From: Verrucomicrobiia bacterium
GTDB lineage: Bacteria; Verrucomicrobiota; Verrucomicrobiia; Limisphaerales; UBA1096
Length of the DNA: 26,764 bases
Assembly (NCBI GenBank): GCA_963583225.1
Contig: CAUZVJ010000001.1
Span: 1 to 26,764 of the forward strand
Direction: 5' to 3'
In this document: in pieces, positions 9,891 to 18,408 of the stretch
How the letters are laid out: every line of letters begins with the position of its first letter
Position numbering within the stretch: the stretch's first letter is position 1
Position numbers and translations under genes: made by a program
The notes under the pieces: model-generated
Seen by the model: only the letters and a program-made list of their open reading frames with translations
The model's database searches: none
What the model was told of the DNA's origin: nothing

Positions 9891-9906
9891 GCGCTTGGCC
9901 AAGCGC
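9891..9906. repeat. Palindrome copy GCGCTTGGCCAAGCGC, 2 nt after the thrS stop
   Basis: Perfect 16-bp palindrome read directly. Confidence 0.92.
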
Positions 9907-9927
9907 CACTGAATTGAATCAATCAAA

Positions 9928-11517
9928 ATGAAAGTACTCGTCTGCGACCCTATTTCCAAAACCGGAATCGACTTTCTGAAACAACAGGACGGTCTTGAAA
10001 CAATCGTGCTCGATCGCCGGCACTCGGAGGAAGAACTGTTGCCGATCGTCGACGATGTCTCGGCCATGGCGATCCGCTCCGAGACCAAGGTCACCAAAAC
10101 CGTGCTCGAGGCCGCGCCGAACTTGAAAATCGTCGGTCGCGCCGGCGTCGGCGTGGACAACATCGACATCGAGGCCGCCACGCAAAACGGCGTGATCGTG
10201 ATGAACACTCCCGGCGGCAACACGATCGCCACTTGCGAACTGACCTTCTCGATGATGATGGCCCTTGCGCGCAACATTCCGCAGGCACACGGCTCGATGG
10301 CCGCCGGCGAGTGGAACCGCAAGGCATTCAAAGGCGTCGAGCTTTACGGCAAGACGCTCGGCGTGCTGGGCATGGGCCGCATCGGCGGCGAAGTGGCCCG
10401 GCGCGCGGTGGCATTCGGCATGCGGGTGCTGGCCTTCGACCCGTACATCACGCCGTCCCGAGCCAACGCGCTGCAGGTTGAACTGGCCAGTCTCGACGAT
10501 ATTTACGCCACTGCCGACTTCATCACCGTTCACATGCCGTTGACCGACGAGACGCGCGGCATGCTCAGCAAGGAGACGTTCGCTAAAATGAAGCCAAGCG
10601 TGCGACTGCTCAACTGCGCCCGCGGCGGAATCGTCAGCGAGGCCGATTTGATCGACGCCCTGCAAGCCGGGGAAATCGGCGGCGCGGCGCTGGACGTGTA
10701 CGAGACCGAGCCGCTTGCAGCCGACTCGCCGTTGCGCAACTGCCCGAACCTCATCCTGACCCCGCATCTCGGCGCCAGCACGGTGGAGGCGCAGGACAAC
10801 GTCGGGATCGAGGTGGCACAGGGCATTGCCGACTACCTGCTGCACGGCAGCCTGATGAACTCGATCAACATGCCGAGCCTCGACGCACAAACCTCGACCA
10901 AGGTGCAGCCGTATTTGCGTCTGGGCGAAAGAATGGGTGTGCTGCTGGCGCGGCTTGGCCAAGCCGGCACCGAGCGGCTCGTCATCACCTACGGCGGCTT
11001 GGCCACGGAGTTGCCCGGCGACCCCATCGCCCGCTCAATCATCAAGGGGTTCCTCGGCGCGGCCGAGGGCGAGGGGGTCAACCTGGTCAACGTACGCTCC
11101 ATGGCCAAGGAGCGCGGGCTTGTCATCGAGGAAATCAAGTCCAGCGAACAGGTGGACTTCAAGGAATGGCTGCACATCCGGGCATGGGCCGGTGACGAAA
11201 AGGTGTCCGTCGGCGGATCGTTTTTCGGGCTGGCGCAACATCCGCGCATCGTCCGCCTCAACAGCCAGCCGGTCGAGATCGTCCCGGAAGGCATCCTGTT
11301 CATGATGAGCAACAAGGATCGCCCCGGCATCGTGGGCCACTTGGGCAGCGTACTCGGCAAACACGGCGTCAACATCGCCAACATGAGCCTCGGCCGCGAC
11401 CGCGAAGGCGGCCAGGCCCTGACCGCGCTGAACATCGACAGCGTGCCAAGCGCCGACTGCCTCGCCGAACTCGAGGCCGACCCGGACATCAGCCACATCC
11501 GGATCGTGCAGTTCTAG
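9928..11517 (+). CDS. serA: D-3-phosphoglycerate dehydrogenase (long form with ASB and ACT domains)
   Basis: GRAGVGVDNID, GVLGMGRIGGEV, NCARGGIV, TPHLGAST and ACT domain NKDRPGIVG. Confidence 0.97.
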   Translation: MKVLVCDPISKTGIDFLKQQDGLETIVLDRRHSEEELLPIVDDVSAMAIRSETKVTKTVLEAAPNLKIVGRAGVGVDNIDIEAATQNGVIVMNTPGGNTIATCELTFSMMMALARNIPQAHGSMAAGEWNRKAFKGVELYGKTLGVLGMGRIGGEVARRAVAFGMRVLAFDPYITPSRANALQVELASLDDIYATADFITVHMPLTDETRGMLSKETFAKMKPSVRLLNCARGGIVSEADLIDALQAGEIGGAALDVYETEPLAADSPLRNCPNLILTPHLGASTVEAQDNVGIEVAQGIADYLLHGSLMNSINMPSLDAQTSTKVQPYLRLGERMGVLLARLGQAGTERLVITYGGLATELPGDPIARSIIKGFLGAAEGEGVNLVNVRSMAKERGLVIEEIKSSEQVDFKEWLHIRAWAGDEKVSVGGSFFGLAQHPRIVRLNSQPVEIVPEGILFMMSNKDRPGIVGHLGSVLGKHGVNIANMSLGRDREGGQALTALNIDSVPSADCLAELEADPDISHIRIVQF

Positions 11518-11535
11518 CCAAGCGCTTGGCCAAGC
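11517..11535. repeat. Concatemeric palindrome GCCAAGCGCTTGGCCAAGC overlapping the serA stop
   Basis: Read directly; the identical 19-mer occurs at 15117-15135. Confidence 0.9.
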
Positions 11536-11538
11536 TCA

Positions 11539-11872
11539 CTACTCGCGCTCCATTTCCATCGACTGGAAATGGGAGACATTCAACAACCGCGTTTTGATAC
11601 ACTGAATCCTCTTCAAGCCAAGGAGGAGAAGGTTCGAAGTCCCGTCAGGCGCCCCCACACAAACCCTAACGACCCCCAGGCAAGCCACCGGCATGGGGCT
11701 TCCCGACTGCTACCCGGCCTCCGCAGGGCGATGGCGAGCATCCGGTGGGATTCTAGCGCGTCCGACAGCATCCTCCGGTAGCGAGGCTCAAAGATGTGCA
11801 GGGGAAGGATCGCATCGAGGAACAGTGTAGCTTTGGACAGGATCATCACGGGATTTTGTCCGGAATGAGCAC
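11539..11872 (-). pseudogene. Frameshifted, truncated LON peptidase substrate-binding (Lon-N) domain gene
   Basis: Three frames reconstruct (M)LIPDKIP / VMILSKATLFLDAILPLHIFEPRYRRMLSDALESHRMLAIALRRPGSSREAP / MPVACLGVVRVCVGAPDGTSNLLLLGLKRI...*. LPLHIFEPRY is the Lon-N signature. Apparent 1-nt losses in C runs at 11850-11852 and 11695-11698; stop at 11539-11541. Confidence 0.75.
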
Positions 11873-11964
11873 GGGAAAAAAATACACAAAAATCGGGAAA
11901 ATGGAAGAAACCACACAAATTAAGGTTTGCCTTGCCGGGAGAGTTGCGCCATTGTTTCCGCACT

Positions 11965-12774
11965 ATGAAAGGCAAAGGTTTGATCATTTTTGCGGTAATC
12001 GCGCTCTTGGCGGGAGCGGGCTCGGCTATTTTCCTGTCTCAAATAATCAAAGAGAAAGAGACTGTGATCACAGAGAAAGAGGCTGTGATCACAGAGAAAG
12101 AGGAGAAAATTAAAGGGTTGGAATCTGAAAAGGCGACTTTGGAAACCGCCAAGGCTGACCTCACGCAAAAGCTAGACACCACGATCAAGGAATCAAGAAT
12201 CCAGTTGGCGAACTTTAACACCAAGTACGATATGAAAGTCGCCGAATACGAGACGTTCGTTGGCAAGGCCGCACAGGAACTCGCCGCCAAGGACGAAAAA
12301 ATCAGCGCCCTCAACGGCGAACTCCAAACGGCCCAAAATAAAAACCGCGATTACGACTCGCAGATCAGGAATCTCAACAGCGAAATGGCCACCAAGGATT
12401 TGGCCATCGAAGACATCAGCCGCCGCCTTGAGTCCAGCGAGAATGACCGCGATCACCTCCTGAGGGAACGGGACAAATTGATCGCCGAGAAAGCTGAACT
12501 GGAGAAGCAGTTCCAAGACATCGTCGTGCTGCGGCGGAAGGTCCAGCAGTTGCAGGTGGAGCTCATGGCCTCCAAGAAACTCGAGTGGCTCCGCCGCGGT
12601 TTCTACGGCGGCGCGCGCAAAAAAGGCGGTGCCCGCCTCATGAGCATGAGCAAAAAACAAAAACAACCGACGGATTCGACCAATGCCGACCTCAATGTGG
12701 AAATTCGGAGGGATGGCACCGTGAAAATTGTCCCGGCCGAGACCAATTCTCCCCCCAACGAGGCCACCCCATGA
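11965..12774 (+). CDS. Membrane-anchored coiled-coil protein of unknown function
   Basis: N-terminal hydrophobic helix (LIIFAVIALLAGAGSAIFL) followed by about 190 aa of K/E/Q/L heptad-like sequence. Its stop overlaps the moaA ATG (ATGA). Confidence 0.8.
   Translation: MKGKGLIIFAVIALLAGAGSAIFLSQIIKEKETVITEKEAVITEKEEKIKGLESEKATLETAKADLTQKLDTTIKESRIQLANFNTKYDMKVAEYETFVGKAAQELAAKDEKISALNGELQTAQNKNRDYDSQIRNLNSEMATKDLAIEDISRRLESSENDRDHLLRERDKLIAEKAELEKQFQDIVVLRRKVQQLQVELMASKKLEWLRRGFYGGARKKGGARLMSMSKKQKQPTDSTNADLNVEIRRDGTVKIVPAETNSPPNEATP
12051..12103 (+). repeat. 21-bp in-frame tandem repeat (about 2.5 copies; ETVITEK/EAVITEK)
   Basis: AGAGAAAGAG(A/G)CTGTGATCAC at 12051-12071 and 12072-12092, partial copy at 12093-12103. 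Confidence 0.9.
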
Positions 12775-13841
12775 GCCGCCCCGGGGTTCTTCAGGACTCT
12801 CACAACCGCGTCATACGCGACCTGCGAATCAGCATCACGGATCGCTGCAACTTCAACTGCGTTTACTGTCTTCCTGAAACCGAGGAAGCCGCCAATTTTT
12901 ATCAACCCGTCGCCACGGGGGCGAAAAGACCCGCGCCGATACCGGGCAAGTTGCCCTATCTGTGGAAACCCCGATCCCAAATCCTGTCGTTTGAGGAGAT
13001 CTCCCGTGTCGCCCGCGTGGCGGCATCGCTTGGCGTCAACAAGATTCGGATTACCGGTGGCGAACCGTTGCTTCGCCGGGGTGTCGAGTCGCTGATTTCA
13101 CAAATCGCCGCCATCGACTCGATCCGCGACCTGTCGCTGACCACCAACGGCACCCAATTCCCCCGCTTGGCCAAGCGCCTCAAGGAGGCCGGACTGGGCC
13201 GGGTGACCCTCAGCCTCGACTCGCTTGACAGGGACAACTTCAAAAAAATCACCGGGCGTGATGGGCTGGCGGAAGTGCTCAAGTCGATCCGCCTGGCCAA
13301 GTCGCTTGGCCTCACCCCCGTGAAGGTCAATGCCGTGATCATCCGCGGACTCAATGAGCACGAGATCGTGCGCTTGGCCAAGTTTGCCATGGATGAGGAT
13401 ATCGTCATGCGCTTCATCGAGTTCATGCCGCTGGACTCCCGGCAGGCTTGGCAACGGGATCATGTCGTCTCTGGCGACGAGATTGCCGGGCGAATCCAGT
13501 CCAAATACCCACTCACCCGCCTCCCCGCCGACAACCCCTCCGGGACATCCACCCGCTGGTCGCTTGGCCAAGGGGCGGCCGAGATCGGAATCATCGCCCC
13601 AGTCACGCAACCTTTTTGCGGAAACTGCAACCGCATCCGGCTCACGGCTGACGGCAAGATCCGCACCTGCCTGTTCAGCCACCACGAGCACGACCTCAAG
13701 CCGTCCCTGCGGGACGGATGTGGCACTGCGGAGTTGGCGGCCCAGTTGCAGCGAATCGTCCTCCGGAAAGAACCGGGCCACCGAATCAACGAGCCCGACT
13801 TTGTGCAGCCGGCCCGCACGATGAGCCTCATCGGGGGGTGA
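12771..13841 (+). CDS. moaA: GTP 3',8-cyclase MoaA (radical SAM)
   Basis: DLRISITDRCNFNCVYC, ITGGEPLLR, RFIEFMP, C-terminal FCGNCNRIRLTADGKIRTCLF, MSLIGG. Confidence 0.96.
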   Translation: MSRPGVLQDSHNRVIRDLRISITDRCNFNCVYCLPETEEAANFYQPVATGAKRPAPIPGKLPYLWKPRSQILSFEEISRVARVAASLGVNKIRITGGEPLLRRGVESLISQIAAIDSIRDLSLTTNGTQFPRLAKRLKEAGLGRVTLSLDSLDRDNFKKITGRDGLAEVLKSIRLAKSLGLTPVKVNAVIIRGLNEHEIVRLAKFAMDEDIVMRFIEFMPLDSRQAWQRDHVVSGDEIAGRIQSKYPLTRLPADNPSGTSTRWSLGQGAAEIGIIAPVTQPFCGNCNRIRLTADGKIRTCLFSHHEHDLKPSLRDGCGTAELAAQLQRIVLRKEPGHRINEPDFVQPARTMSLIGG

Positions 13842-13895
13842 AGCTGCAAAAAGAAGGTGACCTGCAGAGACGCAGCGGTTACCAATCCCGCAACC

Positions 13896-15113
13896 ATGGA
13901 TCTGACCTCGACGTACATACGGGCCGTCAAATCGTTCGAGCAGATCGACATCGCGGTTCTCGTCAACAACATCATCCTCGACGCGGTTCACCAGAAAGCC
14001 AGCGACATCCACATCGAGGCCTGGGAAAGCACGCTCCCCATCCGGCTGCGAATATCGGGCATCCTGCGTGAACTCACGCATCTGCCCCACGAGTTCCTCG
14101 ACCGCATCGCAGGGCGCCTCAAGGTCATGGCAGACCTGGTCACCTACGAGACGGAACTGCCCCAGGAAGGTCGCGCCCCGGCCAGTCCCGAGTACGGCAA
14201 CGTGGAATTGCGCGTCTCCATCTTTCCCACGGTTCGCGGCGAGAAAATAGTCATCCGGTTGTTCGACCCGCAAAACCGCAGTTTCGATCTCGAGACACTC
14301 GGCTTCGAGTCGGACACGATTGAGAGCTTCAAAAAATTGATCCGCCAGCCCAGCGGTCTCATCCTGTTGAACGGCCCGACCGGCTCGGGAAAAACCACGG
14401 CGATCTACTCCGCGCTGTGCCACCTGATTGACGCCCACGGCCCAACCATCAGCATCAGCACGGTGGAGGATCCGGTGGAATTCAACCTGCCAATGATCAG
14501 CCAGTCGCAAATCAGCAACTCCCGCGGATTCACCTATCCGATGGCGCTCCGTTCACTCATGCGTCAGGACCCGGAGGCGATCATGATCGGGGAGATACGC
14601 GACCCGGAAACCGCCGCCATTGCCGTGCAGGCCGGCTTGACCGGGCACTTGGTCATCAGCACCATCCACAGCGACAGCACCGCCGGTGTTTACGCCCGAC
14701 TCATCAACATGGACATCGAGCCGTTCCTGTTGGCGTCCAGCATCACGGGGGTGCTTGGCCTGCGTCTTTTGCGCACGATCTGCCCCCACTGCAAAACCGA
14801 AGACCAGCCCAACCCCGAGCACCTCTCACTGCTGCCCGGGGATTTCGTGGAAGAGACAGCCTTTTACACCGGTGCCGGTTGTGACGCCTGCTCCCAGACC
14901 GGCTATCATGGCAGGGTGGCCGTGACCGAGTTGCTTAATTCGAGTGAGCTCGTTCGGGAAGGGGTCATCCAGAAACTGCGAACCAGCAAGCTGCACGACA
15001 TAGCGATTGAGCAGGGAATGATCACCCTCTGGCAGAACGCCGTGGCCAAGGTTCAGCGCGGTATCACCAGCCTGGAAGAGGTGATCCGGGTGATCTCTGT
15101 GAACCAGCTGTAG
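13896..15113 (+). CDS. GspE/PulE/PilB-family secretion or pilus assembly ATPase (short N-terminus)
   Basis: ASDIHIE, Walker A GPTGSGKTT, Asp box VEDPVE, RQDPEAIMIGEIRD, His box TGHLVISTIH, CPHC...CDAC zinc motif. Confidence 0.92.
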   Translation: MDLTSTYIRAVKSFEQIDIAVLVNNIILDAVHQKASDIHIEAWESTLPIRLRISGILRELTHLPHEFLDRIAGRLKVMADLVTYETELPQEGRAPASPEYGNVELRVSIFPTVRGEKIVIRLFDPQNRSFDLETLGFESDTIESFKKLIRQPSGLILLNGPTGSGKTTAIYSALCHLIDAHGPTISISTVEDPVEFNLPMISQSQISNSRGFTYPMALRSLMRQDPEAIMIGEIRDPETAAIAVQAGLTGHLVISTIHSDSTAGVYARLINMDIEPFLLASSITGVLGLRLLRTICPHCKTEDQPNPEHLSLLPGDFVEETAFYTGAGCDACSQTGYHGRVAVTELLNSSELVREGVIQKLRTSKLHDIAIEQGMITLWQNAVAKVQRGITSLEEVIRVISVNQL

Positions 15114-15116
15114 GCT

Positions 15117-15135
15117 GCCAAGCGCTTGGCCAAGC
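15117..15135. repeat. Concatemeric palindrome GCCAAGCGCTTGGCCAAGC, 3 nt after the ATPase stop
   Basis: Read directly. Confidence 0.9.
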
Positions 15136-15137
15136 AC

Positions 15138-15169
15138 AAAAAAGGCGTCCACCACGGGGTGAACGCCTT
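15138..15169 (-). terminator. Intrinsic terminator of the mre-rne operon
   Basis: On the minus strand AAGGCGTTCACC..GGTGGACGCC followed by TTTTTT, about 18 nt after the rne stop. Confidence 0.7.
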
Positions 15170-15186
15170 GGGGAAAAGTTGGCGGT

Positions 15187-17199
15187 TTACCGTTCCACCC
15201 TGGCCAAGCGCTTGTCGGTGGTGACGTCGAACACCTCGAATTCCTCCGGGTGAAGCTCCGGCTCAGCGCGGAACGAGATTTTCACAAGGTAGCGTTTCTC
15301 CATGTCGATGAAGATGTCCTCATCCTCATTGCGAAGCCGGTCCAGCACACTTGCGTGGACATTGACCCGGAGCTTGAAGTCGGACTCCTCCTCGCGGCGC
15401 TGCTTGAGCTTGTCCCGTTTCTTGATGATCTCACTGAGCTTGCGCTGGATCTCCACGCTCATGGTCAACGGGCTCTTGAGTTTGCCACGGCCGCTGCAGT
15501 GTTCGCAGTCTCCGTAGGCGGAATCGCGTACGCTCTCGGACTGGCGCTGGCGCGTCATCTCCATCAGGCCAAGGTCGGAGATCGGCAGCATGTGCGACTT
15601 GGCCTTGTCCTTCCGCAGGCCGTCGCGCACGCGGTTAAACACATCACGCCGGTCGCGCGATGATTTCATGTCGATGAAATCCAGCACGATCAGCCCCCCG
15701 ATGTTGCGGAGCCGGAGTTGCCGGCAAACCTCCTCCGCCGCCTCGAGGTTCACATGGAGCAGTGTCTTGTCTTTTTCCTTTTTGTTGTTATCCCTGTGCC
15801 GGTGGCTGCCGGTGTTCACGTCGATTGCCACCAGCGCCTCGGTTTCGTCGATGATGATGTACCCGCCACTGGGCAGCATCACCTTGCGAGTGTAGGCTGT
15901 CTCAAGCTGGCGCGTGACCCCGAACCGGTCAAATATCGGCTCCGAGTAGGAATAACGCTGCACCTTGTCCAGTGCCCGCTTGGAGATGCGGCCGATCAGT
16001 TTTCTGACCCTCTCCGCTTCTGCCGCATTATCGACGACGATGCGCTCAACGTCCTCAGTCAAAAAATCGCGGACCGTGCGCTCGATCAGGTCGGGCTCCT
16101 CAAAAACGCAGGTGCCCGCCTTCTGGTTTTTCACCCTGTCAGTGATCCCATCCCAAGTTTGAAGCAGAATGGCCAGGTCACGGATGAAATATGCCTTGCG
16201 CTGGCCCTGCCCAGCTGTGCGGATGATCACCCCCATGCCGTCTGGAACGTTGAGTTCGCGGACGATTTTCTTGAGTCGCGCCCGTTCCTCACGGTTTTCG
16301 ATTTTCCGGGAAACACCGGACTGCTCAGAGTTGGGCAGCAGGACCAGATAGCGCCCCGGCAACAGGACATTCGTTGTCACGCGCGGCCCCTTGGTTCCGA
16401 TCGGCCCCTTGGTGACTTGCACCGTCAACTCCGTGCCGGAAGGGTATTTCTTCGGGATGTCCTTGTTGGTGATCTTCGGTTGATCCTTTTTGCGCCTGTC
16501 CCGGTCCACCACGTCGTAGGAGGAATCCAGCGGGCTGGGAATGATGTCCCAGTAGTGCAAAAAGGCGTTTTTCTCGAAACCGATATCCACAAAAGCCGCC
16601 TTGAGACCGTCCTCCAGGTTGCGGATTCTGCCCTTGTAAATGCTCCCGACCATCCGCAGATTGTCGACGCGCTCGATGGTCAGGTTCTCGAGTTGGCCCT
16701 TGACGGTCACCGCCACCCGTGTCTCGAGCGACTCGGCATTGATGAGCACCTCCTTGTGGCTGTGCTTGATGGGGCGGAACACGCCCTTGACCTTGCTGAC
16801 GAATTTTTTCGCACTGCGCTGCACCTTCTCCTTGACGGATCCGGCCGGTTCTTCCGGCAGTTCTACCGGGACAAACTCAGCCGGATGCTGGCCGTCCTGC
16901 TGTGGCGATTCCTCTTGTGCCGGGGTTTCGCCGTCCACCGGCTCGTTGGTGAGTTGCCGCTGCCCCTTGGCAGACTCGAGGTCGGTGTCTGGCGGCAGTC
17001 CGTGCGCCTTGTTCTCGGCGCGCACAATCTCACTGTGATGCTGCCGTGTGTCGTAGATCTCGTCCTGTGGCGTTTGTATGGTTTCAACATTCGCACGGGC
17101 CCTGAGGCTGGTGCGATCCGGTCTGCGGTTTCGGCCGCCCGAGGGCTTGAATGACATGCCACGTTTTCTGCCGCGGCCAAATGCTTTTTTCTCTGCCAT
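15187..17199 (-). CDS. rne: Rne/Rng family ribonuclease (RNase E/G) with N-terminal low-complexity extension
   Basis: VGSIYKGRIRN, AAFVDIG, QVTKGPIGTKGPRVTT, IDETEALVAIDVNTG, LRLRNIGGLIVLDFIDM, LMEMTRQR. Confidence 0.93.
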   Translation of the reverse strand: MAEKKAFGRGRKRGMSFKPSGGRNRRPDRTSLRARANVETIQTPQDEIYDTRQHHSEIVRAENKAHGLPPDTDLESAKGQRQLTNEPVDGETPAQEESPQQDGQHPAEFVPVELPEEPAGSVKEKVQRSAKKFVSKVKGVFRPIKHSHKEVLINAESLETRVAVTVKGQLENLTIERVDNLRMVGSIYKGRIRNLEDGLKAAFVDIGFEKNAFLHYWDIIPSPLDSSYDVVDRDRRKKDQPKITNKDIPKKYPSGTELTVQVTKGPIGTKGPRVTTNVLLPGRYLVLLPNSEQSGVSRKIENREERARLKKIVRELNVPDGMGVIIRTAGQGQRKAYFIRDLAILLQTWDGITDRVKNQKAGTCVFEEPDLIERTVRDFLTEDVERIVVDNAAEAERVRKLIGRISKRALDKVQRYSYSEPIFDRFGVTRQLETAYTRKVMLPSGGYIIIDETEALVAIDVNTGSHRHRDNNKKEKDKTLLHVNLEAAEEVCRQLRLRNIGGLIVLDFIDMKSSRDRRDVFNRVRDGLRKDKAKSHMLPISDLGLMEMTRQRQSESVRDSAYGDCEHCSGRGKLKSPLTMSVEIQRKLSEIIKKRDKLKQRREEESDFKLRVNVHASVLDRLRNEDEDIFIDMEKRYLVKISFRAEPELHPEEFEVFDVTTDKRLARVER

Positions 17200-17205
17200 G
17201 ATATC

Positions 17206-18408
17206 TTAGTATTTGTTTCTGTGTAGTTGTATGTTTTGCAGGATGGCGATGGCGATCAGCGAGCTTAAAACGGATGATCCGCCATAGCTCAACAGCGGCA
17301 ACGGTATTCCCGTCACCGGCATCAACCTCAGGTGCATGCCGATGTTCACAAAGACGTGGCAAAAAATGAGAGTCACGACTCCTACTGCCAACAATTTGCC
17401 CAGGCGATCTCTCGCCAGGGCTGCGATCTGCATCCCCTTTAAAAGGATGACGGTGTATAACACCAGCACTGCCATGCTGCCCAAAAACCCTGTCTCCTCC
17501 GCGATCACGGAGAAGATAAAGTCGTTGTGAGCCACGCCCCTGGGCAGATAGCCCAAGCGGGTCTGCGGCCCCTGTCCCCACCCTTTTCCGGTCAACCCTC
17601 CCGAGCCTACGGAAATCTCGGCCTGCCGTATGTTGTGCGTGCGCTCTCGCTGCAATGCACGGGCGGCCTTGCGCTCCGCCGGGGTGGCGTTCGGCGGAGC
17701 AAAATCCTTGTGAAAGTAAACCAACAACCGTTGGCGCTGGTATTCCTGCAGTGAGATTCGCCAGTCTGCTGGAAAGTAAAGTGCGTTGATGACGACAAAC
17801 AACACCACGACTGCCGAGGCCCCGAGGAATTTCCCAAGGAACCGCAGTGGTACCCCGGCGATGAACATCATCGCGATCCCGATCGGGAAAAACACCAGCG
17901 ATGAGCCCAAATCCGGCTCTTTTAATATCAATATGAATGGCAGTGCAGTCATCCCGAGGGCTTTAAGGAACACCCCCGGCATCAACATCTCCTCGTTGGG
18001 CCGCGTCAAAAAATCGGCCAAGGCGAATATAAACCCTAATTTCGCAAATTCCGAGGGCTGAATTAAGGTGACCCCCAAATCAAACCAGCGGCGGGCCCCG
18101 TGGCGCACCTCGCCGATCCCCGGGATCAGCACCAGCAGTAGCAGCAGAATCGTCACCCAGTAGGCGGGACGCGCCCAGCCGGCCAAGCGGTGATAGTCCA
18201 CCACCACGAACAGGACAGCCAAGGCCAGGCCCACCCCGTAAAAGACCACCTGCCGAAAAAAGTAGGTGTTCAGCAGCGGCTCGATCTCATACTGGTCGAT
18301 CGCCGCGCTGAGCACAAAGGCTCCTCCGAAAACCATTAAGCCGATCACGGCGCCAAACATCAGCCAATCGACCCGCAACTTGCGGATATGGAGCAAGATT
18401 GGTTCCAT
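17206..18408 (-). CDS. rodA: SEDS-family rod shape-determining protein RodA
   Basis: GARRWF, IQPSEFAK, KEPDLGS, HNDFIFSVIAEETG, TGIPLPLLSYGGSS. The ATG overlaps the mrdA TAA. Confidence 0.94.
   Translation of the reverse strand: MEPILLHIRKLRVDWLMFGAVIGLMVFGGAFVLSAAIDQYEIEPLLNTYFFRQVVFYGVGLALAVLFVVVDYHRLAGWARPAYWVTILLLLLVLIPGIGEVRHGARRWFDLGVTLIQPSEFAKLGFIFALADFLTRPNEEMLMPGVFLKALGMTALPFILILKEPDLGSSLVFFPIGIAMMFIAGVPLRFLGKFLGASAVVVLFVVINALYFPADWRISLQEYQRQRLLVYFHKDFAPPNATPAERKAARALQRERTHNIRQAEISVGSGGLTGKGWGQGPQTRLGYLPRGVAHNDFIFSVIAEETGFLGSMAVLVLYTVILLKGMQIAALARDRLGKLLAVGVVTLIFCHVFVNIGMHLRLMPVTGIPLPLLSYGGSSVLSSLIAIAILQNIQLHRNKY

Noticed and set aside
13896-15113. Direct link between the PilB-like ATPase and the palindrome as a DNA-uptake system
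   Set aside because: No competence genes or pilins are in the window, and ATPase subtype cannot be settled by eye; proximity alone is not evidence.
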